Source: Octopus sinensis
Taxonomy: Eukaryota
Length of the DNA stretch: 64,000 nucleotides
Assembly: GCF_006345805.1 (NCBI RefSeq)
Contig: NC_043014.1
Coordinates: 2,418,001-2,482,000, forward strand
Direction: 5' to 3'
Position numbers and translations under genes: made by a program. Within the stretch, counting starts at the first letter, position 1. The number at the start of each line of letters is the position of its first letter. Under the pieces are notes generated by a model that saw nothing but the letters and a program-made list of their open reading frames with translations, was not told where the DNA came from and did not search any database. Shown in pieces: positions 25,562-36,793 of the stretch.

Positions 25562-26071
25562 CTGAAAATAGAAAAACAGGAAACCAAAGATAGTTATTTC
25601 TGGAGAACAAAATATTGGGGTTTGTAATCTGGGGCTGGGCAAGAACCCAATTCTGGTCAGAGAGGATTTATAATTTATTGATGATAGGGGGAGAGGGGAG
25701 AGAGAGAGAGGAGGGAGGGGGAAGAGGAAATGGAGGGTGGGAGAGGGAGAGGGGTGGATGGGGAGAGGGGGGAGAGGGGGAGGAGAGAAGGGGGAGGGGG
25801 GATAGAGACATAGAGAGAAGGAAGAGGGAGAGAGCGGAAGGGAGAGGGAGGAGAGAGAGAGGGTGGGAGAGAGAGGAGGGATGGATGGTGGAGAGGGGGA
25901 GAGAGGAAAGGGAGGGTGAGGAATAGGCAAGGGAGGGCAGGGGAGGAGAGGGATGGAGGGGGAAGAGAGAGACAGAGAGAGAAGGGAGACAGAGGGGAAG
26001 GGAGGAGAGAGAGAGGGAGTGATGGGGAGAGGGAGAGAGAGAGAGAGAGAGAGTAAGAGACAATGACTTAC

Positions 26072-26146
26072 CTGTGGGTCTACTGTATCAGAATAGAGCA
26101 AGAAATTGACACCTTTAATAGGTTCCCCTTCACTAAATACGTGGCC
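26072..26146 (-). CDS. NOMO1: NOMO exon 7
   Basis: GHVFSEGEPIKGVNFLLYSDTVDPQ; cag/gtaagt. Confidence 0.94.
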
Positions 26147-27008
26147 CTGTTGGGGAAAAGAAGGAATTGGTATTTGTAATAAAGCTCAAAGAAAAAAAAA
26201 ACAAGAAGAATTACTGAAAACTGCTAGACTCAGTCAGTTGGTCATGGCTGGAGGCTTGACAATGCGCAGTTTGTGTGTGTACACACACATATATACAAAC
26301 ACATATACACGTGTACACATATGTGTATATAAATACAAACACACACACATAATAAGAGCTTTGTAGTTCACTCACACCATTGGCGTACAATAACCCCTTG
26401 AGTATCACAGGTGTTATATTCCAACACCCCACCCTACCCTGCGATAGGTGAAAATCCGCAAAGTAGAAACAGTACTGTACTGTATATATTCTTTTTGTTA
26501 TTTTTATAATTCTTTTTTATATTTATCTCTCTCTATATAAAGCTGAATTTCTTCAGTGTATGGCAGGTTTGGTAGCCTTCAACTAACACCATCTCCTCCA
26601 AGACCCTGCAGCGCAAGTTGACCAAAATTGAGAGTATGATAGAAGAAGGTTTGCTCTTCCTTCTGTAGAAGAAAATATTCAAATTGGACCATGTTAAACA
26701 CCAAAAATCATTTACATCAAAAAGGTGCTTTTTTCCTATGAAAATCCCTATTTTTTACAATTTTTTGACTGCTGTGTCACCATTTTTCGGTGTATTTCAA
26801 CCAGAAAAATGTTCACTTAAAGAGAATAACAAGCTATATAATGCAAAATTTTTACTTTTCAAAAATTCCAATTCTAAAGGGTCGAAACAAACCCGAGCAA
26901 CACCGAGCGATACTGCTAGTTTATTATAAATGCAAAACAATACCACAGAAGAATCGACAAAACCTTAAATAATAAACTGCAATATGGCGAGGGATTACAG
27001 TATTGAAG

Positions 27009-27397
27009 GTGGAGGCGCAATGGCCCAGTGGTTAGGGCAGCGGACTCGCAGTCGTAGGATCGCGGTTTCGATTCCCAGACCGGGCATTGTGAGTGTTTAT
27101 TGAGCGAAAACACCTAAAAGCACCACGAGGCTCCGGCAGGGGATGGTGGTCATCCCTGCTGTACTCTTTCACCACAACTTTCTCTCACTCTTACTTCCTG
27201 TTTCTGTTGTACCTGTATTTCAAAGGGCCGGCCTTGTCACTCTCTGTGTCACGCTGAATATCCCCGAGAACTACGTTAAGGGTACACGTGTTTGTGGAGT
27301 GCTCAGCCACTTACACGTTAATTTCACGAGCAGGCTGTTCCATTGATTCGGATCAACCGGAACCCTCGTCGTCGTAACCGACGGAGTGCTTCCATCC
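27009..27397 (+). mobile_element. tRNA-derived SINE family B with 12-bp TSD; other copies ~28075-28437, 52971-53270, 60055-60421, 5125-5445(-), 44441-44745(-)
   Basis: A/B-box-like head tggcccagtgg...ggtttcgattcc; TSD acagtattgaag at 26997-27008 and 27398-27409. Confidence 0.9.
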
Positions 27398-27629
27398 ACA
27401 GTATTGAAGACGTATTCCCTGATGTTAGCCATGGTGGTGAAAGCATGCTTCTAAGGTTAGCAATTATAAGATGGGTAACACTCTAGTTATAATAAAGATG
27501 GTGATGATTGAGTTACCACTACCGCCAGCATTAGACTAGCACTTGGTGGTAGTGATGGTATCAGGTGGTGGTAAGAAACTAATAGGAACGCTAAAACATG
27601 AAGTTTAAAAGACAAAAGTTCTGACTTAC

Positions 27630-27707
27630 GTTGACATCGTAACCAGCTACGACCAAGTCCTCACTGATGAAGACATTATCGGAACCAACTGTCACCTTAA
27701 TCTCAGA
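27630..27707 (-). CDS. NOMO1: NOMO exon 6
   Basis: SEIKVTVGSDNVFISEDLVVAGYDVN; cag/gtaagt; phase 0->0. Confidence 0.93.
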
Positions 27708-27913
27708 CTGCAATTAAAGAACAAACAACAAAAGCAATTAGAATCACAGCTTCAATTTGGCATAGGATGTAACGCTTCCATTTAATGTGTGTGTGTGTGT
27801 GTGAGTGTGCGTGTGTGTGTGCGTGTGTGTGTGCGCGTGTGTGTGTGCGTGTGTGTGTATGTGACCGCGTGTGTACTGTTGGCGATTTTTTCCTCTGTCT
27901 TCCCTTCTCCTAT

Positions 27914-27948
27914 GTTTCCGATGAAGAGCTCCGCTCGAAACGTTAAAC
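27914..27948 (+). ncRNA. Minimal hammerhead in ~185-bp repeat (copy 2, U4C)
   Basis: gttt-CCGAUGA-A-GAGC(UCC)GCUC-GAAA-CG-UU-aaac. Confidence 0.55.
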
Positions 27949-28649
27949 CCTTCTTCTTTCCTTCTTTCCTGAGCGTCCAATAATACTTTATTTGTTCCAC
28001 GTCCTCGCGTTGTTGTGTTTTTTGTGCTTTCTTGTTTGGATTAACTTTATATATATATATATGTACATATATAGTGGAGGTGCAATGGCCCAGTGGTTAG
28101 GGTCATAGGATCGCGGTTTTGATTCCCTGACTGGGCATTGTGAGTGTTTATTGAGCGAAAACAACTAAAGCCCCACAAGACTCCAGGTAGGGGGTGGTAG
28201 CGATCCCTGCTGTACTCTCTCACAACTTTCTCTCACTCTTTTTTCCTGTTTCCGTTGTACCTGTATTTCAAAGGGGCAGAGCCTTGTCACAATCCGTGTC
28301 ATACTGAATCTCCCCGAGAACTACGTTAAGGGTACACGTGTCTATGGTGTACTCAGCCCACCTGCACGTTAATTTCACGAGCAAGCTGTTCCGTTGATTG
28401 GATCAACTGGAACCCCCGTCGTAACCGATGGAGTACCATGAAATATACATATATCATCATCATCATTGTCATTGTTTTAATGGCCACTTTGACATGCTTC
28501 CATAGGTTAAGTGAAATTTGTTGAGGCAGAATTTTTCTAGGGCCAGATTACCTTCATGCTACTGACCCTTAGTTGTTTCCCAGCAAATTAATGTTTTTCC
28601 TTCATGCGGACAGGTTTTCATACACATGTGATGGTGAAGTTTGTCTACA

Positions 28650-29468
28650 TGAGAATCGAACCAAATATCAATGGAAACAGTAGTAGTTGTGATACCTGTG
28701 CCGGTGGCACATAAAAAGCTCCATCCGAACGTGACCGATGCCAACCCCGCCAGCACCATCCGAACGTGGCCGTTGCCAGTGCAGCCTCCACTGGCTTCCA
28801 TGCCGGTGGCACATAAGAAGCTCCATCCGAACGTGACCGATGCCAACCCCGCCTCGAATGGCTTCTGTGCCGGTGGCACATAAAAAGCACCATCCGAACG
28901 TGGCCGATGCCAGCACCGCCCCGACTGGCTTCTGTGCAGGTGGCACATAAAAAGCATCAACCGATCATGGGATCCCGGAACATCTCGCTGTGCTTGAGGA
29001 GACCTGTTGAGTCAAGTGCATGTACATGAACATCGAACCAAATATCAATGGAAACAGTTGTTGTGATACCTGTGCCGGTGACACATAAAAAGCACCATCT
29101 GAACGTGGCCGTTGCCAGTGCAGCCTCAACTGGCTTCTGTGCCGGTGGCACATAAAAAGCACCATCCGAACGTGGCCGATGCCAGCACCGCCTTGACTGG
29201 CTTCTGTGCCGGTAGCACATAAAAAGAAAAAAAAAAGCACCAACCGATCGTGGCCGTTGCCAGACCCCTCTGGCACCTGTGCAGGTGGCACGTAAAAAGC
29301 ACCCACTACACTCACGGAGTGGTTGGCGTTAGGAAGGGCATCCAGCTGTAGAAACACTGCCAGACCAGACTGGAGCCTGGGGCAGCCCCTGGCTCCCCAG
29401 ACCCCGGTCGAACCGTCTAACCCATGCTAGCGCGGAAAATGGACGTTAAACGATGATGATGATGATGA
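28650..29468 (+). mobile_element. (GAT)n-tailed retroposon family D with internal ~60-bp tandem units; many copies, e.g. 285-841, 8525-8798, 16497-16720, 46580-46930(-), 52333-52645, 58131-58615(-), 61870-62279
   Basis: Shared 3' part ggttggcgttaggaagggcatccagctgtagaaac...ggacgttaaacgatgatgat with variable 5' truncation. Confidence 0.88.
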
Positions 29469-30978
29469 AGGACAAGGGAGACAACCACAACTATCATCAT
29501 CATCGTCGTCGTCGCCACCACCACTGCTGCCATGTAAAAAGCACCCCATACACTCTGTAAAGTGGTTGGCATTAGGAAGGGCATCCAACCATAGAAACCA
29601 TGCCAAAACAGACAACTGAAGCCTGGTGCAGCTCCCTGGCCTCCTCGCTCCTGTCAAACCATGCATCTCATGTTAACATGGAAAACAGACATTAAATGAT
29701 GATGATACTTTCATCCATGTGGTTCCAATACATGCAACATGTCCCATAGATATCCCTTGGGTAATGGGAGACAAGGCTGAATAGCTGTTAGGCTGATGCT
29801 GGCTATCAAACCAGAAACATGCCCCTGACTGTTATCACCTTGTCCCCAGACAGTCAGCCTGTCCTTTTCCTTAACAGTGTATCAACTCTGGAGGAGTTTT
29901 GAGATTATCTCCCCTTCTTGTGGAGCCGTTCTCGGTTGTCAGCTGGGAATTGTGACATCCTCTAAAGCAGTGTTTCTTAACCATTTTCACTTATGGACCC
30001 CTTCGATTCCTATTTTACTCAGATGCAAACCCCACAATCATTCAATGTTTAAAAAAATCACGTTATATTTTTATACTTAAATGTGATTAGGCATAGGGGT
30101 GGCTGTGTGGTAAGTAGCTTGCTTATGAACCACATGGTTCTGGGTTCAGTCCCACTGCGTTGCACCTTGGGCAAGTGTCTTCTACTATAGCCTTGGACTG
30201 ACCAAAGCCTTGTGAGTGGATTTGGTAGACAGAAACTGAAAGAAGCCCGTCGTATATATATATATGTATATATATATATGTGTGTGTGCGTGTATGTTTG
30301 TGTGTCTGTGTTTGTCCCCCTAGCATTGCTTGACAACCGATGCTGATGTGTTTACATCCCCGTAACTTGAAATAGATATCTTTATGTCTCTGTCCTGTTT
30401 GCAGTCAGCTAAAAGACATACCTTCATCTCATTCCAACCCTGGTACTTTCTAGACAAACAGTACCGACTTTCTTCGCAGCGTCAAAATCCTAAGGACTCT
30501 AAAAGAAAAAGTTGCCCAGTAAAACGTGTTTATCCAGGTCCTTTTTTTTTTTGTCCTTTCCATTGTCATAAATGCCCCCAAGCTGGTCTGGTTCAGTTAT
30601 GTTTTGTTTCAGATTGGATCGGATTAGATTTAGATATATTTGAAGGAGAGATTACAAAAGAAAGGAAGGAAGGAAAGAAAGAAAGGAAGGAAGGAAGAAA
30701 GGAAGGAAGGAAGAAGGGAAGAAAGAAAGAAAGAAAGAGACAAAGAAAGAAAGAGATAAAGAGAGAAGGAAAGGAAGGAAGAAAGAAAGAGGGAAAGAAA
30801 GCGATAAAGAGAGAAAGAAAGAAAGAAAGAGAGAAGGAAAGGAAGGATGGAGAGAGGGGAGAGAGAGAGAATGGAAAGAAGGAAGGAAGGAAGGAAAGAA
30901 AGAAAGAATGCTAGACAGACAGACGGACAAATATACATATACATATATAAATCAAAACTTTTGTTTTTTCTCTTTTAC

Positions 30979-31051
30979 CTTCTCAAACTTCCAGATGGGG
31001 TGTTGGCCCTTTATAATATAATCCCCTGGTAGAACTTTCCGGAAATAATAA
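30979..31051 (-). CDS. NOMO1: NOMO exon 5
   Basis: FYYFRKVLPGDYIIKGQHPIWKFEK; cag/gtaaaa; phase 2->0. Confidence 0.93.
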
Positions 31052-31322
31052 CTGTGAAGAAATGAAGAGGAAGAGGATTTCAATTACATTAAAAAAACTG
31101 GCAGAAAAGACAAACATTGTTACAAGTGGTTGGACAAACACTCTGGACAAGGAAGTTCTTGGTTATACTGTAGGACATGTTGGTCACAGATGGACTGTTT
31201 TTAATTACAGGCCTATTCAAAGCTGATCTGGGATTAAACAACAATAATTAGTTGGACCATGATTGTTATAGATTTAAACACCACAGAAATCACATTATTT
31301 CTATTATTAAAGTTACTTTTAA

Positions 31323-31365
<43 letters not shown>

Positions 31366-31865
31366 GAGTGAGAGAGCAGTGAATGCTATCAAAGTGACAC
31401 TGGGGTAAAATATACGAAGCCCAGTATACCCATCATGAAAACTTCCATCTGATAAGGGTACACCAGGCATTACAGCCATATGTGCGCGACATGGTGATCT
31501 CATATCAAGATAAACAGCACATGACCTTGCAGGTGGGGCCCCAGTTTGAATTTTCTTCTGGTCGAGTAGCCCATCCCGCTCAAAAGGTCCCTGAATAAGG
31601 GTTGTTTAAGAATGTTGAACAAACCACCCACGTTTCCAGAGGTGAATTATTCAAACCTCCAAGAATTCCTTTCAACACATGGCTATGATGCTCTCCCACT
31701 ACTTCTGCTCGTGATCAGAGATGCACATATCGTCAGCCACTAAGGGACATGCTCAACTGGTTAAGGTCAAACAACTGACAAGCAAATCTGTGGTATTGAG
31801 CAGATTATTATTATTATTGTTATTACCAGTGGTCTGCATGTATAACAAAAGTCATAAGACGTAAA

Positions 31866-32181
31866 ATATTTGTTTATCAGAGTGTATAAATACACAAAGA
31901 GAAGACCACCAATAGGACTTCTCACATGCAAGAAAGAGCAGTCACAAACCAAACCATGAAAAAAAATTCCTAAGGCATGTTGCATATGGACACTAGAATG
32001 AATAAAAATTCAGTAAACCTTACACTCATGAGTTTCACTGTTAATGACTTAAAAAAATCAATTAATCAATCAATCAATTAAATCAATTAATCTTTTTCGT
32101 GGTTTGTGTTGTGACTGCTCTTTCTAACATGTAAGAAGTCCTATCAGTGGTCTTCTCTTTGTGTATTTATACACTCTGATA

Positions 32182-32190
<9 letters not shown>
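31866..32190. repeat. Inverted repeat (~98-bp arms, ~130-bp spacer)
   Basis: Arms 31866-31963 and 32093-32190; ends at (TA)n. Confidence 0.9.
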
Positions 32191-32223
<33 letters not shown>

Positions 32224-32224
<1 letters not shown>

Positions 32225-32434
32225 CTATGAGAGGGAATCCACTATGTGGACGCTCTTACGCTAGATATAGATCCGCAAAGGGACGCAACCACTAAATATT
32301 GTTCTCAAGAAATAATTCAACACACGTGCTTGGCGTGTTGAATTATTTCTTGAGAACAATTCTTAGTGGTTGAGTCCCTTTGCGGATCTATATCTAGCGT
32401 AAGAGCGTCCACATAGTGGATTCTCTCTCATAGT
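32224..32434. repeat. Fold-back palindrome (100-bp arms, 11-nt loop)
   Basis: Arms 32224-32323 and 32335-32434; starts at (TA)n. Confidence 0.93.
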
Positions 32435-33157
32435 CGTGTATTAATAATATTTACTGAATCTCAGTCTTTTATACGCTAGACCACTTGGTGTTTAAATTGA
32501 TGTTATTAAATTAATATCCAATTTTTTTCACCCTCATTTTGACTTTAATTATATATATATATATCACCTCCTCCAATGCCCCCTTCCCTCTCAAAAGGTT
32601 TTTTTTTTGTCTTTCAAGTACTTGGTGACCCTGTCAGTGCAGGTGCCACTTAAAAGCACCCAGTCCTCACTGTAAAGTGGTTAGCATTTGGAAGGGCATC
32701 CAGCTGTAAAAACTTTGCCAAAACTGGCCTCGCCTGTGCTTTTGCCACGTAAAAAGCCCTAAGTCGATTCTGCTGAGTGGCAGGTGTTAGGAAGGACATC
32801 TAGCTGTAAAAATCCTGCCAAAACAGGTACAGACGTCTGGTGCTGGCTTCTACCTGGCCAGCTCTTGTGAAACCATCCCACCCATGCTAGCATGGAAGGT
32901 GGATTTTAAACAATGATGATGAACCTTCCTCACAGTTTCCGTCTACCAAATTCACTCACAAAGCATTGGTCAGCCTGAGTCTACAGAAGGAAACAGCAGC
33001 CCAAGGTACTCCACAGTGAGACTGAACCTAAAACCACATGGTTGCAAAGTGAGCTTCTTAATACTACAGTCATGTTTTTACACCTGTGACAGGTGAACAA
33101 TCTAATCTAACAACAGAAGTTACAAAATGCAAAAAAAAAAATTGCATGGAAACATAC

Positions 33158-33264
33158 AAATCCCCTTCTTTTGACACTGTGGTCTGTAATACTTCAGAGC
33201 CATCAGAAGTCATCAGGCTCAGTTTCACATTTCCGGGACCAGTCTTCTCACCTTTACTCAACAC
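33158..33264 (-). CDS. NOMO1: NOMO exon 4
   Basis: VLSKGEKTGPGNVKLSLMTSDGSEVLQTTVSKEGD; cag/gtatgt; phase 0->2. Confidence 0.94.
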
Positions 33265-33444
33265 CTGTGTAGATAAAAGCAGACAAAAGTCTAATTAAAA
33301 TATTTTAAACAATTACAACATAGTGAAAAAAGAAAAACATAAACAAACAAACAGAGGTTTATTTGATGGAGCAAATCAGTTGTTTGCTGATTCCGGTTAA
33401 CAAAAGTTCATATTTTTGGGAGTTTTCTCCATCTGGCAGGGTAA

Positions 33445-33495
33445 CTTCAACTGATGAGACACACAATGAGGTCGAAACACCATAGTGTCTCAAAG
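33445..33495 (+). ncRNA. Hammerhead-like motif with canonical core
   Basis: CUGAUGA-GAC(10 nt)GUC-GAAA-CAC(CAUA)GUG-UC; stem I (cttcaa/tcaaag) only 4 of 6 paired. Confidence 0.55.
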
Positions 33496-35076
33496 ACACC
33501 TTCCATTAGTGAATCACATATGTTATGAACAAACATCACCTTAACCTTTTAGCGTTTAAACCGGCCAAATCCGGCCTAATATGTTCTATATGTTTTATAT
33601 TCAAACTGGCGATATCTAGCCTCTCACTCCTAACCTACAATGCCATTCTGAAAATAAACAATCACATCATTGAAACCTCAAAGCTATAAGATATTGCATG
33701 ATTAATTCAAAACAATTTGAGTGAAAAAGTATTACATTTAACAGAGTAGTCTGAACACTAAAGGGTTAAGGCAGGAGGTATTCTCTGGAGGTGAAAAGCA
33801 ACAACGATCAGCATGGTGGTAGTGGTGTTGGTGGTGGTGTTAGTGATGGCAGTGGTTGTGGTGGTGGGTCTTTGAAGTATGTAGACAGTCATTCTTCATG
33901 CCTCTGAAGGGATAAGATTATCAGTTTTATTCTTCTGGCAGAAACGTTAGCACACCGGGCGAAATGGGTAGCCATATTTCGTCTGAGTTACGTTCTGAGT
34001 TCAAATTCCGCCGAGGTTGACTTTGCCTTTCATCCTTTCGGAGTCGATAAATTAAGTACCAGTTACGCACTGGGGTCGATGTAATCGACTTAATCTGTTT
34101 GTCTGTCTTTGTTTGTGCCCTCTGTGTTTAGCCCTTGTGGGTAGTAAAGAAATAGGTATTTCGTCTGTCTTTACGTTCTGAGTTCAAATTCTGCCAAGGT
34201 CGACTTTGCCTTTCATCCTTTCGATGTCGATAAATTAAGTACCAGTTACGCACTGAGGTCGATGTAATCAACTTAATCCGTTTGTCTGTCCTTGTTTGTC
34301 CCCTCTGTGTTTAGCCCCTTGTGGGTAGTAAAGAAATAGATTCTTCTTGGATCCTGAAGTGAATTATTAGGCCAATATCGGCATAAAATCCACGGTTAAA
34401 GTGGAAGGTGTGTGATAGCAGAATCAAGACCCAATGGGAATCTTGCTTTCCATACAATTATCATCATCACCACCACCATAATCACCATCATCATCATTAT
34501 CTCCTGAGTGTTGTACTCCAGAGTACACAGAACTCGTTATGCCACTGTGAATGATCTTGAACAAGATGTCCCCAAAAAGACTGCTCCAAGTTACTCTTTT
34601 TGAAGTAAGGTGCCCCATGAAGATGATCAACTGGCAATGTTGTTCAAGCACACAATAGACTGCTTCGGGGGATTTGTCTTGAAACTCTGCACTGCGAGTT
34701 CAAGACCTGATCAAATCAACTTTAACCTTTCATTGAATAAATAGAAAGGAAGTCAATAATCAATGTGGCCACCCAGAGTGTTGCATTGGATTGGATTGGC
34801 TGTTGGACAAGAGATGTCTTGCAGTACCTGTCCCAGACCTTTGTGTTATGACCAAAAGGACATCGTCATCATCGTTTAACATCCGCCTTTTATGCTGGCA
34901 TGGGTGGGACGCTGGTTCCAAACCATATCCGACCTAAATCCGTGCCCTTTCCTTTTGGCAACATTGGTAGCATGAAGAGAGGGGAGACTCAGTGACACCA
35001 TTCCAAACAGTTTAACCATGTCACACTATGCCAAATCGAGCAACGCTATTCTACAAAGAAGAAACACAAGACTTAC

Positions 35077-35177
35077 CATTCCACGGATGGAGAAACCCTT
35101 GAATTGGAAGTTTATGTCTTCTCCTAAACTGCATTTGTCTGTGCTGCCGTCTACATGTAAACGGACAGATTCTGGTT
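35077..35177 (-). CDS. NOMO1: NOMO exon 3
   Basis: EPESVRLHVDGSTDKCSLGEDINFQFKGFSIRGM; cag/gtaagt; phase 1->0. Confidence 0.95.
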
Positions 35178-36657
35178 CTGAAAAAGACAGAATTCTAATG
35201 TTAGTTGCCCTTTTCATGAATATACTTCATATTTATTGTTACTAGGGGTTAATAGATCAGTGGAGTTGCTTCGGGTCAGTTGATCAGTGGGGTTGTTAGG
35301 GTCAGTAGATCTTTGGAGTTGACAGAGGTCAGTTGACTAATGATGGAGTAGCCAGGGGTTGCTAGATCAAAGGAGCTTCTGAGAATAGTTGATTAATGAA
35401 TTAGATGAATATATTAAGATTTTGTTTTATAGTTGGGTATCCTTGCTGTCAATAGCACAAACCTATATTACAAGGGATCTCTTATTTCAGACAACTTTGA
35501 AGGCCCAAAGCCAGTGAAAGATCTGTAGACGGAAAAAATGACAATATCCCTGGTTGTAGCTCACAATTTTTGGAGAAGCGCAAATGGAAACACACACACA
35601 CACACAACAGGTCAAAACTGGTTTTCTCTACCACATCCACTCCCAAGGTTTTGGTTGACCCAGAGGTATAGCAGAAGACACTTGCCCCAAGATAGTGTAA
35701 CCAGGATGACAAACAGAGGGACTGAACCCAAACCATGTGCTTGGGAAACAAACTCCATAACCACACAGCCAGCCTACACACACACACACACACATGTATA
35801 TGTAGAATTAATAATAAAAAAAAAAGTAGTCAGAAGTTGGTGAAATACTATTAAGTGCTTGTGTTCTTCAGAGATATTTTCGAAAAGTATGACTCCGCAC
35901 ATTCCAAAAATCTCTGTTAAGAACAAAAACATTAAAACCACGACAAAAAATAAACAGTATTTCACCAACCTCTGACTTCTTTCTTTTTTACTAATATATA
36001 AAACCTATACAATGCTACAGACACAATACATATATATATATATATATACACACACTTATATACACATACAGTCCTCTTTTCCTGCTGGCATGGGTTGGAT
36101 GACATGACAGGAGCTGGCAAGTCTGAAAGCTGCACCAGGCTTCAGTTGTTTGTATTGACATGGCTTCTACGGCTGGATGCCCTTCCTGATGCCAACCACT
36201 TTACAGAGTGTACTGGGCGCTTTTTGCATGGCACCAGCACCAGCCAGGTCATGGAATACCTTGCAGGACAAAAGACTCTTTGACTGAGGGGTGTGTAATA
36301 ATAAAGGAGGTGGCTTTGTGACATATGATGAGAGGTTAGAGGGTGAGTAGAGGAAGAAAAGGGGGTGTCTTGCAGTAGAGGAGATACATGACTTCCTCAG
36401 TTGGGAGAGAGAGGAGAGATAGAGGAGAGGGGAGTAGAGAGAAAGAAAGGAGAGGGTTTGGTGAAAACTTTTGAAACATTAAGGGCCAATTTCTATTGGA
36501 TGTTTACAAACTTGCAGTTCAGTTACTCCAAGAATTCTCAGCAAAATTCCTTCAGACAATTTCAACTTGTAAGAGATGTCTCCTTTATTCTAGAAAGAAA
36601 AAGTAAAGGAAGGCAAGGACCAGTTTTAGGGATCAGACAACCTTTAATGATACTTAC

Positions 36658-36793
36658 CAAAACTCCAACCTGGTGGTGGTTCAACTTGCAAGATGAAGTC
36701 CCCTTTATCATAGAGTGGAACAAGATAGTAGCCATTGTTGGGGGCACAGTCTGTTTGGTATTTTATGCTTCCTTGTAATGTGTACAGTTTCAT
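36658..36793 (-). CDS. NOMO1: NOMO exon 2
   Basis: MKLYTLQGSIKYQTDCAPNNGYYLVPLYDKGDFILQVEPPPGWSF; cag/gtaagt; phase 0->1. Confidence 0.96.

Noticed and set aside
27009-27090. Bona fide tRNA genes in SINE heads
   Set aside because: The heads continue into multi-copy SINE bodies with a TSD, and the cloverleaf is not intact.
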